Shown piece by piece: positions 44,348-54,607 of a stretch of 64,000 nt of DNA. Every line of letters begins with the position of its first letter. Position 1 is the first letter of the stretch. The translations under genes and the position numbers were made by a program. Source of the DNA: Verrucomicrobiota bacterium (GTDB lineage: Bacteria > Verrucomicrobiota > Lentisphaeria > Lentisphaerales > Lentisphaeraceae); assembly GCA_039798785.1 (NCBI GenBank), contig JBDKFG010000024.1, positions 46,111 through 110,110 of the forward strand. The letters run 5' to 3'. Below the pieces are notes generated by a model, which ran no database searches, was not told the DNA's origin, and worked only from the letters and a program-made list of their open reading frames with translations.

Positions 44348-45670
44348 TCAAATCCCCTGGCTCAGCAGCCGCTCCATCTTGGCCAGGAGAAGCTCGATCG
44401 AGGCGAGGTCGACGTCGAGGGGCGGCCGGAGGCGGACGTTGTCGGGTCCGGCGCCGAGCAGGAAGGTGGACTCCTCTTCGAGCATCCGGTCGAGGAAGCG
44501 GTTCTTCATCGCCGGCGAGGCGAAGGAGAAGCCGAGGTAGAGGCCCCAGCCGCGGATGTTGCGGAGGGTGCCGGGATGGCGGCGCTGCAGTTCCTGAAGT
44601 CCCGTGAGGAGCTTGCCGGCTCGTTCCGGCAGGCTCTCCATCAGCTTCTCCTCGCGGATGATCTCGAACTCGCGGACGATCCGGACCATGTCGACCAGGG
44701 GGCCGCCCCAGGTCGAGTCGAGGATGCCGACGTCGTCCATCGAATGGAGCATGTAGACGGCGCCGGTGCCGAACTTCTTGGCAACCGCGATGGCTTGGGG
44801 CGGATGCGGCAGGTCAAGGAGATCGCAGGCGAAGACGCTGCCGCACTGGCCTCCGGCGGTCTGCACCTCGTCGAAACCGAGGCAGGTCTCGTGCTCGTGG
44901 GCGAGCCGCGACAGCTCCTGGTAGAACTCCTTCGGCGCGAGGCGGTGCCCGCCGGCGCCCTGAAGCGGCTCGAGGATGATCCCGGCGATCTCGCCGGGAT
45001 GGCGGCGCAGGCAGTCCTCGACGATCTCGAGGCAGCGGCGGCTGCGCTCCAGGTTCTCCGCTTCGCTGAGGTCGCTGTCGAGCGCCGGGAAGGGCACCTG
45101 CAGATTGCCCGGGACGATGCCGCGGAAGTTCTTGGTGATCATCGGATCGTGGCCAAGCTGGGTGACCCCGAGAGCGAAGACGGTGCGTCCATGGAAGGCC
45201 TGGTCGAAGTAGATGAAGCGCCGCGCCCCGGGAATCCGCCCCTTCTTCAGGCTCCGCTGGTCATGCAGGTTGAGCAGGTACTTCATCATGTTCTCCACCG
45301 CCTCGGCGCCGGAGTTGACGGCATAGACCTCGACCTTGCCGGCCCGCTTCATGCAGTCCGGCGCCAAGCCGTGGATCAGACGATAGAATTCCAGGCATTC
45401 CGCGGTCAGGAAGTCGGGATTGGCCAGCTTGTTGTTGGCCGCCCGCACCAAGCGCCGGACATAGCCCGGCTCGTAAAGGCCGGGATGATTGTGGGTCAAA
45501 AGCTTGGCGCCGTAATAACCGCCCCAGTCGAACAGCTCCTCGCCGTCCGCCGTCACCAAATACATGCCGTGGCTGCGCTCGAGATCGACGGTGAAAGGCC
45601 AGGGCTCGGCGATGACGTAGCGGCTCAATTCTTCCAGCATGGCTTGGGACTTCGGACCGGGCAGGGACAT
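44348..45670 (-). CDS. Class III PLP aminotransferase (L-lysine 6-aminotransferase-like)
   Basis: DLERSHGMYL, NSGAEAVEN, AFHGRT, EPLQGAGG, DEVQT, AKK, STWGG. Confidence 0.85.
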   Translation of the reverse strand: MSLPGPKSQAMLEELSRYVIAEPWPFTVDLERSHGMYLVTADGEELFDWGGYYGAKLLTHNHPGLYEPGYVRRLVRAANNKLANPDFLTAECLEFYRLIHGLAPDCMKRAGKVEVYAVNSGAEAVENMMKYLLNLHDQRSLKKGRIPGARRFIYFDQAFHGRTVFALGVTQLGHDPMITKNFRGIVPGNLQVPFPALDSDLSEAENLERSRRCLEIVEDCLRRHPGEIAGIILEPLQGAGGHRLAPKEFYQELSRLAHEHETCLGFDEVQTAGGQCGSVFACDLLDLPHPPQAIAVAKKFGTGAVYMLHSMDDVGILDSTWGGPLVDMVRIVREFEIIREEKLMESLPERAGKLLTGLQELQRRHPGTLRNIRGWGLYLGFSFASPAMKNRFLDRMLEEESTFLLGAGPDNVRLRPPLDVDLASIELLLAKMERLLSQGI

Positions 45671-45831
45671 GGCACAGCTCCTTTTTTACATTGTGCACTT
45701 GTGTCATAAGTGACTGCGGCGGCGCTGATCCGCAAGGGCGCCGCTCGCAGGATCGCAGGATTTCCGCCGCTGGGATTTCCCCTCCGGGCGACTAGGGTGC
45801 GGGGCGACAAAAACCCCCGCAGGAACGAGCT

Positions 45832-47013
45832 ATGGATTACTATCAAGACATCTTCTCGAAGCGCCCCTATCTGACCGACTTGCCGATCGATCAGGTGCCG
45901 AGCCCCGCCTTTGTCATCGATCTTCAAGCCTTGGAGCGCAACCTCACCATCCTCAAGGACGTGCAGGACCGCAGCGGCGCCACCATCCTTCTCGCCTTGA
46001 AGGGCTTTGCCAACTGGTGCACCTTTCCGCTGGTGCGCCGCTACCTGAAGGGCTGCTGCGCCTCGGGCGTCTGGGAGGCCCGACTCGCCAAGGAAGAGTT
46101 CCAGGGCGAGGTGCACACCTTCGCGCCGGCCTTTTCCGACGCCGACATCGCCGAGCTCCTGCCGATCACCGACCACATCGTCTTCAACTCCTTCCGCCAG
46201 CTGCACAAGTATCTGCCCGCGATTCAGGCTTGTGGTCGCCGCATCGACGTCGGCCTGCGCTGCAACCCGGAACACTCCGAGACCGAGGTCGAAGTCTACA
46301 ACCCCTGCTCCCCCGGATCGCGCCTCGGCATCCGGCTCGAAGAGTTCGACGGCCAGTCGCTCGAAGGCGTCACCGGCCTCCACTTCCACACTCTCTGCCA
46401 GAAAGGCTCCGACGCCCTCTGGCGCACCGCCATGGCCTTCGACGCCCGCTTCGGCAAATACCTGAAAAACATGAAGTGGATCAACTTCGGCGGCGGCCAC
46501 CACATCACCCAGCCGGACTACGACATCGAGCTGCTGATCAAGACGATCCAGTTCTTCCAGGACAAATACGGTCTCAAGGTCTACCTCGAGCCGGGCGAAG
46601 CGATCGGGATCAACACCGGCTCGCTGGTCACCACGGTGCAAGAGGTCGTCGGCCGCGAGATCAAGTCGGCAATCGTCGACGTCTCCGCCACCTGCCACAT
46701 GCCAGACGTCCTCGAAATGCCTTACCGCCCCGAGATCCGCGGCGCCGGCCTGCCCGGCGAAAAAGCCTTCACCTACCGCTTCGGCGGCCCCTCCTGCCTT
46801 GCCGGCGACGTCATCGGCGAATACTCCTTCGAGCAGCCGCTGCAGCCCGGCCAGCGCCTGCTCTTCGACGACATGACCCATTACACCATGGTCAAGACCT
46901 CGACCTTCAACGGCATCAAGCACCCCGCCATCTGCACTTGGGATGCCGCTGCGAAAAAGCTTGAAGTCGTCCGTCAATTCACCTACCAGGATTACCGAAA
47001 CCGCCTGTCTTGA
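45832..47013 (+). CDS. nspC: Carboxynorspermidine/carboxyspermidine decarboxylase
   Basis: LLALKGF, GLRCNPE, YNPCSPGSRLG, GLHFHTLC, NFGGGHHIT, HMPDVLEMPYRP, CLAGDVIG, HYTMVKTSTFNGI. Confidence 0.93.
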   Translation: MDYYQDIFSKRPYLTDLPIDQVPSPAFVIDLQALERNLTILKDVQDRSGATILLALKGFANWCTFPLVRRYLKGCCASGVWEARLAKEEFQGEVHTFAPAFSDADIAELLPITDHIVFNSFRQLHKYLPAIQACGRRIDVGLRCNPEHSETEVEVYNPCSPGSRLGIRLEEFDGQSLEGVTGLHFHTLCQKGSDALWRTAMAFDARFGKYLKNMKWINFGGGHHITQPDYDIELLIKTIQFFQDKYGLKVYLEPGEAIGINTGSLVTTVQEVVGREIKSAIVDVSATCHMPDVLEMPYRPEIRGAGLPGEKAFTYRFGGPSCLAGDVIGEYSFEQPLQPGQRLLFDDMTHYTMVKTSTFNGIKHPAICTWDAAAKKLEVVRQFTYQDYRNRLS

Positions 47014-47037
47014 ATCCCCCAACCTAGGAGTCCTTCC

Positions 47038-47952
47038 ATGCTCAGTCTCTTCTCCGGCCTCTTGCTCTCGGCTCAACTCTGCCAGGCTCCCGCTCCGGCC
47101 CCGGCTGCCCCTAGCGCCGAAGACATCCAGAAGATGGTCGACCAGGCCGTCGAGGCCCGACTCGCCAAGCTCAAGGCCGAGCTGATCGCCGAGCTGGGCA
47201 AAGGAGGAGGAGGCGCCGCCGTCGCCATGATCAACGTCGAATACAAAATCCTCGACATCGACGGCAAGCCGGTGCCCGACAAGGAATTCGCCATCGTCAA
47301 GATGGACCGCAAGACCCAGTCCCAGACCGTCCTCGCCGAAGGCAAGACCGACGCCAATGGACTGATCAAAGTCGATCAGAAGATCTCCGCCACCGAATCC
47401 GCCCTCCTCGTCGTCGACGGCGAGGCCCGCGTCCGCGTCCTCGGCCGCAAAGCGGTCGACGGACTGATCAAAGATGAAGTCGTCCTCACCCCGCCGCCGC
47501 CGAAAGTCGGCGATCAGGCCCCCGACATCGCCTTGATCGACCCCGCCACTCAGGCCAAGGTCAAGCTCTCCGAATACAAGGGCCAGGTCGTCTTCCTGGA
47601 CTTCTGGACCACCTGGTGCCCCCCTTGCCAGGGCGTGATGAAGCACAACGATGAAATCATGCGCAAGAACGATGCTGCCTGGAAGGGCAAAGCCGTCATA
47701 CTCGGCATCAGCTGCGACGACAAGGGCGAAACCCTGGTCGAGCATATCAAGAAGACTGGATGGACCGGCCTTCCCCAGCTCTGGGCGCCGCCTGACGCCA
47801 AGGGCAACCAGCTTGCGCCGACGCTCTATGGCATCAGCGGCTTCCCCACCGGCTTCCTGATCGACCAGAACGGCAAGGTCGTCTGGACCGGCCACCCGGC
47901 CACGACCGACGTCGAAGCCGAGATTAACAAGCTCCTCGCTCCGAAGAGCTGA
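47038..47952 (+). CDS. Exported TlpA-like thioredoxin-fold protein
   Basis: Signal peptide; GDQAPD, LDFWTTWCPPC, FPTGFLIDQNGKV. Confidence 0.85.
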   Translation: MLSLFSGLLLSAQLCQAPAPAPAAPSAEDIQKMVDQAVEARLAKLKAELIAELGKGGGGAAVAMINVEYKILDIDGKPVPDKEFAIVKMDRKTQSQTVLAEGKTDANGLIKVDQKISATESALLVVDGEARVRVLGRKAVDGLIKDEVVLTPPPPKVGDQAPDIALIDPATQAKVKLSEYKGQVVFLDFWTTWCPPCQGVMKHNDEIMRKNDAAWKGKAVILGISCDDKGETLVEHIKKTGWTGLPQLWAPPDAKGNQLAPTLYGISGFPTGFLIDQNGKVVWTGHPATTDVEAEINKLLAPKS

Positions 47953-48064
47953 AATCCCTGAGCCGTCCTCAGCCAAGACGCCGCAGTCCCCTGCGGCGCC
48001 TTTCCTTTCCTCTCCGTCTCGCCCCCACCCCATAAGCCCCGGGCGAATGGAGCTTGGCATTTTT

Positions 48065-50212
48065 TCACCGCTCCATTTCCAGTCCTTCCCATTTCTCCGC
48101 TTCCTCGGGATGCGTCGCCCGCAGCACCTGCAGCGGCCCTTCGTGAAGAATTCGCCTCCCTGAACTGTCCTTGCCGACGCAGGACGATTTCAGCCGTTCG
48201 AGAGGCTCGCGCTTCGATTGCCGCTCCCACCAGGCCGCCAGGGAAGCGTCGTCCCACTTCTCGGGCGCCTGGCTGCCGCAGATGATGGCGATCATCTCCC
48301 GGGCCAGTTCGCCGACACCGAGCAGCCTTTCGCTGCGGCGCATGACCGCTCCTTCCAACTGAGCACTGGGGCGAGGATCCCCGGCCAGACGTAAAAGCTC
48401 GGGAATGGCGGCGTAGCTCTTCATCGCCAGCTCGCCCGCCGGCTGCCTCCACCTCTTCACCGAAGGCGCCAATTCGCCCCAGTCCTCCCCGCCATCGAAA
48501 CAGCCTACACACCTCGAGTTGAAGGGAAGGCTGCGGCGCGACCAGATCAAGAGGAGATCCTCGACCGAACCCGGCTCCGGCACCTTCGCCGTCGCGGCGG
48601 CCTTCACCGCGGCGAAACGCAAGTCGAATGCGTCCGTCACCAGCTCCGGAAAATCACCCTGCCACAAGCTCATTTGCGCAAGCTGCTTGACCCAGTCGAC
48701 CTGCTCATCCTTGAGCTTCAGCTCGAGAATCTCGAGGAGCTCGATCGCCAAGGCTTTTTTATCCCGATCAATGCCTTCATCCCAGCGCTCGATGACGCTC
48801 TCGATCACATCGTTCTTCCAGCCATCTCTCCAATGGCGTTGGAAACCCGCTTGGTTTGTCGCCATCTGCTTGGCCAATTCCGCTCCGCCATAGCGGTAGG
48901 CGAGCGCGAGATTCAGATAGCCCATCTTGGAGTTCCTGAGATCCGCCGGCTTCCCAGCCGGGACTTCCTGCCAGCTCAATTCTGCGATCCGTCCGTCGCG
49001 CCAGACTCGCCCCTTGCCGGGACGGGTTTCAGCGATCAGGAAGGCCGGGCACAAGCCATCCAAAAGGGTCCCCGATTCCAGTCCGTTGGCCGCTTCCTCC
49101 TGCTCCACCAGCACCAGCCGGGCTTGCGCCGGCAATTGGGCAAAATCGTAGCGGCGGACGATGGCGCTCCAACTTTCGATCTCCTCTGCGCTCGGAGGCG
49201 GAAGGGATGCCAGCTGCACTGCCTTCACCGAGGGAAGAAAGTTCCAGCAAAGATTGAGATTCCACACCATCTGTGCGGTGAGCGCAAGATCCGCTTCATT
49301 CGGATCCCTGGGAAAGCCGAGAGAGTGACTGGCAAAGTCCCGACTTGACCAATGCCCCTCGGGCCGGCGGAGGCGGCGCAAGGGCCCCTCCAGGCCCTGG
49401 CGCCAAGCTTGCCCCAGCTCGCCCCCGGCGAGATGGGCGGCGAGGAATTGCTGGCTTCGCAAATCCAGATCGGCTCCCGGCAGCGCCGGGCCTTTCCGGA
49501 TCAGCTCAAGGAGCTCCTTTTCCAATTCCCGGCAGCGGGCTTCCTGGCGCGCCTCCAGCAAGGAATAAAGCGTCAACTCGACCGCCTTGCCCAGCTCGCT
49601 GAGCCGCCGGGCCCGCTTCATTTTCGGCAGATGCGCAGCGAGTGCCTTGCCGGCGGTTTCGCCGCCTGGACCGACGACTTGCTCGATGGTCAAATCAACA
49701 CCCCCCACCTTGGCCGCCTTCAAGGCTAGGACGCAGCGGGATTCGAGGATCAGGGAGGCGGGGGTCTCGACGCTGAAATCCGCCGCCGCGAAGTGCCGGG
49801 CCAGGTGCTGCGTCAAGGCCATCACGACTTCCTCGCAAAGATAATCGCCGCTCATCGAGTAGTGCTCGGCCAGGGCGTGAAGCAGAAGCGCGTCTTCAAG
49901 GGTCGGGCTTTTCGCCTCCGGCATCTTCAATCGCGCCCTCGCCGCGGCCAGAAGGAAATCGACCGATTTTTCCATCGTGGCGCCATGGCTCCGGGAATGC
50001 GGCGTTTCGCCGCGGGCGAGATGGCCGAGATGAATCCAGGCGGTGAGGGCCAGCCGATGAGTCCCGCCCCAGGAGCCATCCGGATTCTGCTCCCGCTGCA
50101 ACCAGGTGCTCCGCTTCGACACAATCGCCGCTGGCGACTTTTGCGCTGGCAATGTCTCCTCGGCCGCCAAGACCATCGCTCCCAGGAACATCAGAAAAAC
50201 ACCCCGTTGCAT
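48065..50212 (-). CDS. Exported protein with prenyltransferase/squalene-oxidase-type repeats
   Basis: WLQREQNPDGSWG, LARGETP, PEGHW; N-terminal signal. Confidence 0.6.
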   Translation of the reverse strand: MQRGVFLMFLGAMVLAAEETLPAQKSPAAIVSKRSTWLQREQNPDGSWGGTHRLALTAWIHLGHLARGETPHSRSHGATMEKSVDFLLAAARARLKMPEAKSPTLEDALLLHALAEHYSMSGDYLCEEVVMALTQHLARHFAAADFSVETPASLILESRCVLALKAAKVGGVDLTIEQVVGPGGETAGKALAAHLPKMKRARRLSELGKAVELTLYSLLEARQEARCRELEKELLELIRKGPALPGADLDLRSQQFLAAHLAGGELGQAWRQGLEGPLRRLRRPEGHWSSRDFASHSLGFPRDPNEADLALTAQMVWNLNLCWNFLPSVKAVQLASLPPPSAEEIESWSAIVRRYDFAQLPAQARLVLVEQEEAANGLESGTLLDGLCPAFLIAETRPGKGRVWRDGRIAELSWQEVPAGKPADLRNSKMGYLNLALAYRYGGAELAKQMATNQAGFQRHWRDGWKNDVIESVIERWDEGIDRDKKALAIELLEILELKLKDEQVDWVKQLAQMSLWQGDFPELVTDAFDLRFAAVKAAATAKVPEPGSVEDLLLIWSRRSLPFNSRCVGCFDGGEDWGELAPSVKRWRQPAGELAMKSYAAIPELLRLAGDPRPSAQLEGAVMRRSERLLGVGELAREMIAIICGSQAPEKWDDASLAAWWERQSKREPLERLKSSCVGKDSSGRRILHEGPLQVLRATHPEEAEKWEGLEMER

Positions 50213-50404
50213 CGCTCGCCTCCGGAAAGAATGCCTCCCCCCATCATACCCGCAGGCGCCGCACCTTCAACAGTTTTTCGATTTTTTCGATTTTTTCGAA
50301 TTTAACCATCTTAAGCATCGTCTCCCCAAGCCATTCCCGTCGATCTCCTTGTAATAGACCGGGATCTTGGCTAGACTGACAGAAGAATCCTTACAGGACT
50401 GCCG

Positions 50405-52435
50405 ATGACCAAGACGATTTACAGCCGCTTCTCTCGACGTGTGCTTTTGAGCAGCCTTCTGGTGTTGGCCGTCGGCTTGATTCTCAGTGCGGGGATCGAG
50501 CATTGGCTGCGTCAGGATCTGGCCCGCACCTTGATTGGCGAGCGACTCGAAGCGGACATCCAGCAGGTCTCGGAAAAGTTCAAGCAAGACTTCAATCGCC
50601 AGTATGCCGCCTTCGAGGATTTCGCCCAGGACTGGATTTCGGAAGGAGGCATGAGCGAGGAGCGATGGCTGGTCCGGGCTCGCAGGATCGGGACGCAGCA
50701 ATTCGGGGGCATCAGCGCCATCCAGAGGGTGACACCCGACTTCCGCATCCATTGGATCGAACCGATGGCCGGCAACGAAAGAGCGATGGGCCTCGACATC
50801 CGCAAGAAGGATCCGATCCGGACCGCAGCTCTGGAGAAGGCGATCCGCGAGCATCAACCCTTCATCTCCCCGCCCTTCGACTTGGTCCAGGGGGGACGGG
50901 CGGTGATCGTCTACTTCCCTCTCTACCGGGATCATGTGCCGGACGGATTCATGAGCTGCCTGATCCGGATCCAGCCGCTTTTCGAAAACATGCTGGCGAT
51001 GGACGGGAATTACGGCGTGCGGATCTCCTGCGGCGGCGTCACGGAATATGCCCGCAGAGCCGAATCCTCGGACTTCCTGCGGAGCTTCAACTTGAAGATC
51101 CTTGGGCGCGACTGGACGGTGGAATGCCATCCGACCCCGGAGTATCTGCAGCGCATCACGCCGGGTTTTGTCGCCTGGAGCCGTCCGCTGGGTCTGCTGA
51201 TCAGCCTGGTGGTCGCCGGACTTTGCGGCCTGCTGCTCGCCTCGATCGAGCGCGGCCGAGAGCTTCACGCGGCCCGGCTCTCGCTGACCGCAGCAAACGC
51301 TGCTCTGGAAGCAGCTCGCGCCGAGGCGGAGTCCGCGGCCCGGGTCAAGGGGGCCTTCCTCGCCAACATGAGCCATGAGATCCGCACGCCGCTGAACGGC
51401 ATCGTCGGCTCGGCCTCGCTGCTCGAGCACAGCGATCTCAGCTCGGAGCAGAAGGAGCTGATCCAGATCATCAACAGCACCTGCCGCTCCCTGAAAGTGA
51501 TCGTCGATGACGTCCTCGACTATTCCAAGATCGAAGCCGGGCGCTTCCCCCTTGAGAGCCTGCCGGTCGATCTCGGCGCCCTGCTCGAGAAGCTCGCCGG
51601 CTCCTTCCGCCGGCAGGCGATGGAGAAAGGGCTGGAGCTGCATCTGTCCCTGAGCTCGCTGCCGCCTCTTCTCACCGATCCCACCCGGATCGGCCAGATC
51701 GTTACCAATCTCCTTTCCAACGCGATCAAATTCAGCAGCTCCGGAGCCATCGTCCTGAGCATCCGCAAGGTCGCAGCGGAACCTGGCCTGCACGGCATTG
51801 AAATCCGCGTCCAGGATTCCGGCTGCGGCATTTCTGAAGAAGCCCAGAAACGGCTCTTCCGGCCTTTCGAGCAGGAGGACGCCTCCACTTCCCGCCGTTT
51901 CGGCGGCACGGGCCTAGGACTTGCCATCTCAGCCCGGCTCGCAACCCTCATGGGCGGCTCGCTCAGCCTCGAGAGCAGCCCCGGCCACGGCTCCACCTTC
52001 ACCTTGTCGCTAGCCTTGAAGGAGGCCGCCGCCACCCCCGACAAGAAACCCGAAACAGTCGTCCGGACCGGGTCTCTCCGGATCCTGCTGGTCGAGGACA
52101 ACCCGGTCAATGCCAAGATCTTCCTCCGGATGGCGGCAAAACTCGGCCACTCCACCACCCACGCCGAGGACGGCACCCAGGCCCTGCCCCTGCTCGCCGC
52201 CGGCGACTACGATTTGATCTTCATGGACATGCAGATGCCCGGTCTCGACGGACCCGAGACCGTCATGCTCCACCGCCGCAGGCATCCCGGCGACAAGACG
52301 CCGATCGTCGCCCTCACCGCCAACGTCATGGAAGAAGACCGTCAGCGCTGCCTCGCCGCCGGCATGAGCGGCTTCCTCACCAAGCCGCTGACCCTGGAAT
52401 CTCTCGCCAAGGCGATCCAGGAGCGGTTGGCTTGA
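50405..52435 (+). CDS. CHASE-domain hybrid sensor histidine kinase (CHASE-HisKA-HATPase-REC)
   Basis: CHASE signature EPMAGNERAMGLD...ISPPFDLVQGG; FLANMSHEIRTPLNG; NLLSNAIKF, DSGCGI, GGTGLGL; receiver EDNPVN, MDMQMP, KP. Confidence 0.92.
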   Translation: MTKTIYSRFSRRVLLSSLLVLAVGLILSAGIEHWLRQDLARTLIGERLEADIQQVSEKFKQDFNRQYAAFEDFAQDWISEGGMSEERWLVRARRIGTQQFGGISAIQRVTPDFRIHWIEPMAGNERAMGLDIRKKDPIRTAALEKAIREHQPFISPPFDLVQGGRAVIVYFPLYRDHVPDGFMSCLIRIQPLFENMLAMDGNYGVRISCGGVTEYARRAESSDFLRSFNLKILGRDWTVECHPTPEYLQRITPGFVAWSRPLGLLISLVVAGLCGLLLASIERGRELHAARLSLTAANAALEAARAEAESAARVKGAFLANMSHEIRTPLNGIVGSASLLEHSDLSSEQKELIQIINSTCRSLKVIVDDVLDYSKIEAGRFPLESLPVDLGALLEKLAGSFRRQAMEKGLELHLSLSSLPPLLTDPTRIGQIVTNLLSNAIKFSSSGAIVLSIRKVAAEPGLHGIEIRVQDSGCGISEEAQKRLFRPFEQEDASTSRRFGGTGLGLAISARLATLMGGSLSLESSPGHGSTFTLSLALKEAAATPDKKPETVVRTGSLRILLVEDNPVNAKIFLRMAAKLGHSTTHAEDGTQALPLLAAGDYDLIFMDMQMPGLDGPETVMLHRRRHPGDKTPIVALTANVMEEDRQRCLAAGMSGFLTKPLTLESLAKAIQERLA

Positions 52436-52666
52436 ACGACACCGCCGGAACCGAATTCACCACGAAGACACGCCCACGCTTCCCCACAGAGGCGCAGAGG
52501 GAAGCCAGGGCTGCCGCCACGGAGCCCGCATCCTACACGATGTGTATCATGTGCAGCGGAATCCATCTCATCATACTCCGCCGGAACCGAACAAGGTGGG
52601 GATCGCCAACAGGACGAAAACCAGAAGGCTGAATCCGTCCTTCCTTCCAGGCCTTGAAGCGCCAGC

Positions 52667-53497
52667 TCAGCGATAGTAGTTGGGGTGCAGCTTGCGCAGG
52701 CGCTCGAGCTCGACGGTGATGATGTTGAAGGCTTCGAGCGGCGTGTCGGCAAACTGGAAGAGGTTCAGATCCTCGGGCGAGATCATTCCCGTCTCCGCCA
52801 TGAATTCGAAGTTGATCAACTTCTTCCAGAAACCGCTTCCGTAGAGGATCATCGGAATCTGCTTGGTGGTCTTGCGAGTCTGGATCAGGGTGATGACTTC
52901 GAAGAATTCGTCCATGGTGCCGAAACCGCCGGGGAAGACGACGATCGCCTTGGCCAGATAGGCGAACCAGAACTTGCGGATGAAGAAGTAGTTGAACTCC
53001 AGATTGAGCTCTTCCGAGATGTAGGGATTGGGGTACTGCTCGAAGGGCAGGCTGATGTTGAGGCCGATGCTGCGTCCGCCCTCGACCAGCGAGGCGCCGC
53101 GATTGGCCGCTTCCATGATGCCTGGGCCGCCGCCGGAGCAGATGTAATAGTCAAAGTTCTTCTCAATCGACCAGCGAGTCAGCATCTGGGCCAGCTCGAC
53201 CGCGCCTTCGTAGTACTGGCTCATGTCGAGAGCACGCTGCGCCGCCTGGATTTTCTCCGCCTTGCTGCGCTTGGCCAGCTTGGCCTCATGCATCATCGCC
53301 TGGGCGTCGGCCGCCGACTTGATCCTGGCCGAACCGAAGAAGGCAATGCTGTCGCGTATCTTCTGGCGACGGAAGCGGTGCTGCGGCTCCAGCATCTCCG
53401 CCATGATCCGGAGGAGACGGCCGTCCGAACTGTTCATGAATGCGTCGTTCTCGTAAGCCTTTTGCGGCTTGTGACCCTTGTGTCCGTGCTCGCTCAT
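52667..53497 (-). CDS. LOG-family nucleotide phosphoribohydrolase (TIGR00730-like)
   Basis: FFGSAR, SGGGPGIMEAANRGA, GLNISLPFEQ, FFIRK, PGGFGTMDE. Confidence 0.92.
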   Translation of the reverse strand: MSEHGHKGHKPQKAYENDAFMNSSDGRLLRIMAEMLEPQHRFRRQKIRDSIAFFGSARIKSAADAQAMMHEAKLAKRSKAEKIQAAQRALDMSQYYEGAVELAQMLTRWSIEKNFDYYICSGGGPGIMEAANRGASLVEGGRSIGLNISLPFEQYPNPYISEELNLEFNYFFIRKFWFAYLAKAIVVFPGGFGTMDEFFEVITLIQTRKTTKQIPMILYGSGFWKKLINFEFMAETGMISPEDLNLFQFADTPLEAFNIITVELERLRKLHPNYYR

Positions 53498-53628
53498 AAG
53501 ATTTTCCTCCTGGGTGGATGGTCTATTATACGCCGCCCGGCAAAGCCGTTGCAAGGATTTTCAAAAATACTGGCGCAAGCGCCACAATCCGTGTATACTT
53601 GCGGCAAGCCCCAAATGAGGAGAACCCC

Positions 53629-54162
53629 ATGCGCCGCAGCCGTTTCACTCTGATTGAACTCCTGGTGGTGATCAGCATCATCGCCATCCTCATGGCCATC
53701 CTCCTTCCCGCCGTCATGGCCGCCTGGCGCGAAACCCAGAAGACCAAGGCGCGAGCCCAGATGGTCGTCGTCAAAAACGCAGTACAGATGTATTACGACA
53801 CTTATGGTACCCTGCCCTTGAGCGACGACGGCGGCGGTGACGGGGGCTTGGTCAAACCCACAGACCCAAACGTCATCAACACTTGCGACATCAAACTCGG
53901 ATTGATTACCAATTTCCTTTCAAAGGCGGCCTCCAACAATCCTCGCGGAGTGATTTGCTTCGTCCATGCCAGCGATGCCTCTACAAGCAAACAATTAACG
54001 ATGCCTTGGACTGATGGAGCCCCTTTAAGCGGAAATCACATGAAAGCCGTGTACAACACTGCAACCGGCAAAATTACGGTTTTCGCACCGTGCCCTTGGT
54101 CAGGCTCTAGCTTCGTCTCTGACAGCTCCACTTCGCTAAGCGCTCAACCCTCCACTCCTTAG
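53629..54162 (+). CDS. Type IV pilin/pseudopilin-like protein
   Basis: [47 protein letters not shown]. Confidence 0.85.
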   Translation: MRRSRFTLIELLVVISIIAILMAILLPAVMAAWRETQKTKARAQMVVVKNAVQMYYDTYGTLPLSDDGGGDGGLVKPTDPNVINTCDIKLGLITNFLSKAASNNPRGVICFVHASDASTSKQLTMPWTDGAPLSGNHMKAVYNTATGKITVFAPCPWSGSSFVSDSSTSLSAQPSTP

Positions 54163-54179
54163 ATCTCCTGGAGAATCCC

Positions 54180-54590
54180 ATGAAACGCCGCAAATTCACC
54201 CTGATCGAGATGCTGGTGGTCCTCTTCATCATCGGTTTACTCATCTCCCTGCTCCTTGTCGCCATCCAGCACGCCGTGAACTCTGGAAAAAGAACCAAGT
54301 TCCTCGGAGAAGTGGCAACCGTCCGAGCGGCTTTGGAGCAGTATAAAAACAAAAATGGATACTACCCCTACTGCCAAGCAGGAAGCGCCGATATCAATCT
54401 TGACTCAACCATCTACAGCGTTCTGGGAACCTCAGCCATCGTCAGTCCCTGGGAAACTCCAGTGAGCGGCAAAATTGACGGTGATGGCGACGGAGTTGTT
54501 CCGGCAGGACCAGACAATGAATCCATTCCTCAATCCTGCGCCATCTGGACAACCGACCTCAAAGGCAAGCTGATCAAATCCTGGGAATAA
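54180..54590 (+). CDS. Type IV pilin/pseudopilin (GspG-like) protein
   Basis: MKRRKFTLIEMLVVLFIIGLL; ALEQYK..NG.YP; SPWETP; AGPD. Confidence 0.85.
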   Translation: MKRRKFTLIEMLVVLFIIGLLISLLLVAIQHAVNSGKRTKFLGEVATVRAALEQYKNKNGYYPYCQAGSADINLDSTIYSVLGTSAIVSPWETPVSGKIDGDGDGVVPAGPDNESIPQSCAIWTTDLKGKLIKSWE

Positions 54591-54607
54591 CCCCTCAATC
54601 TCCTCTC

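Noticed and set aside
45625..48060. Long antisense ORFs (also 12181-14016, 26188-27987, 28178-30325, 41307-43298, 56636-58495)
   Set aside because: Shadow frames of well-supported genes on the opposite strand, expected from high GC3 codon bias; no motifs.
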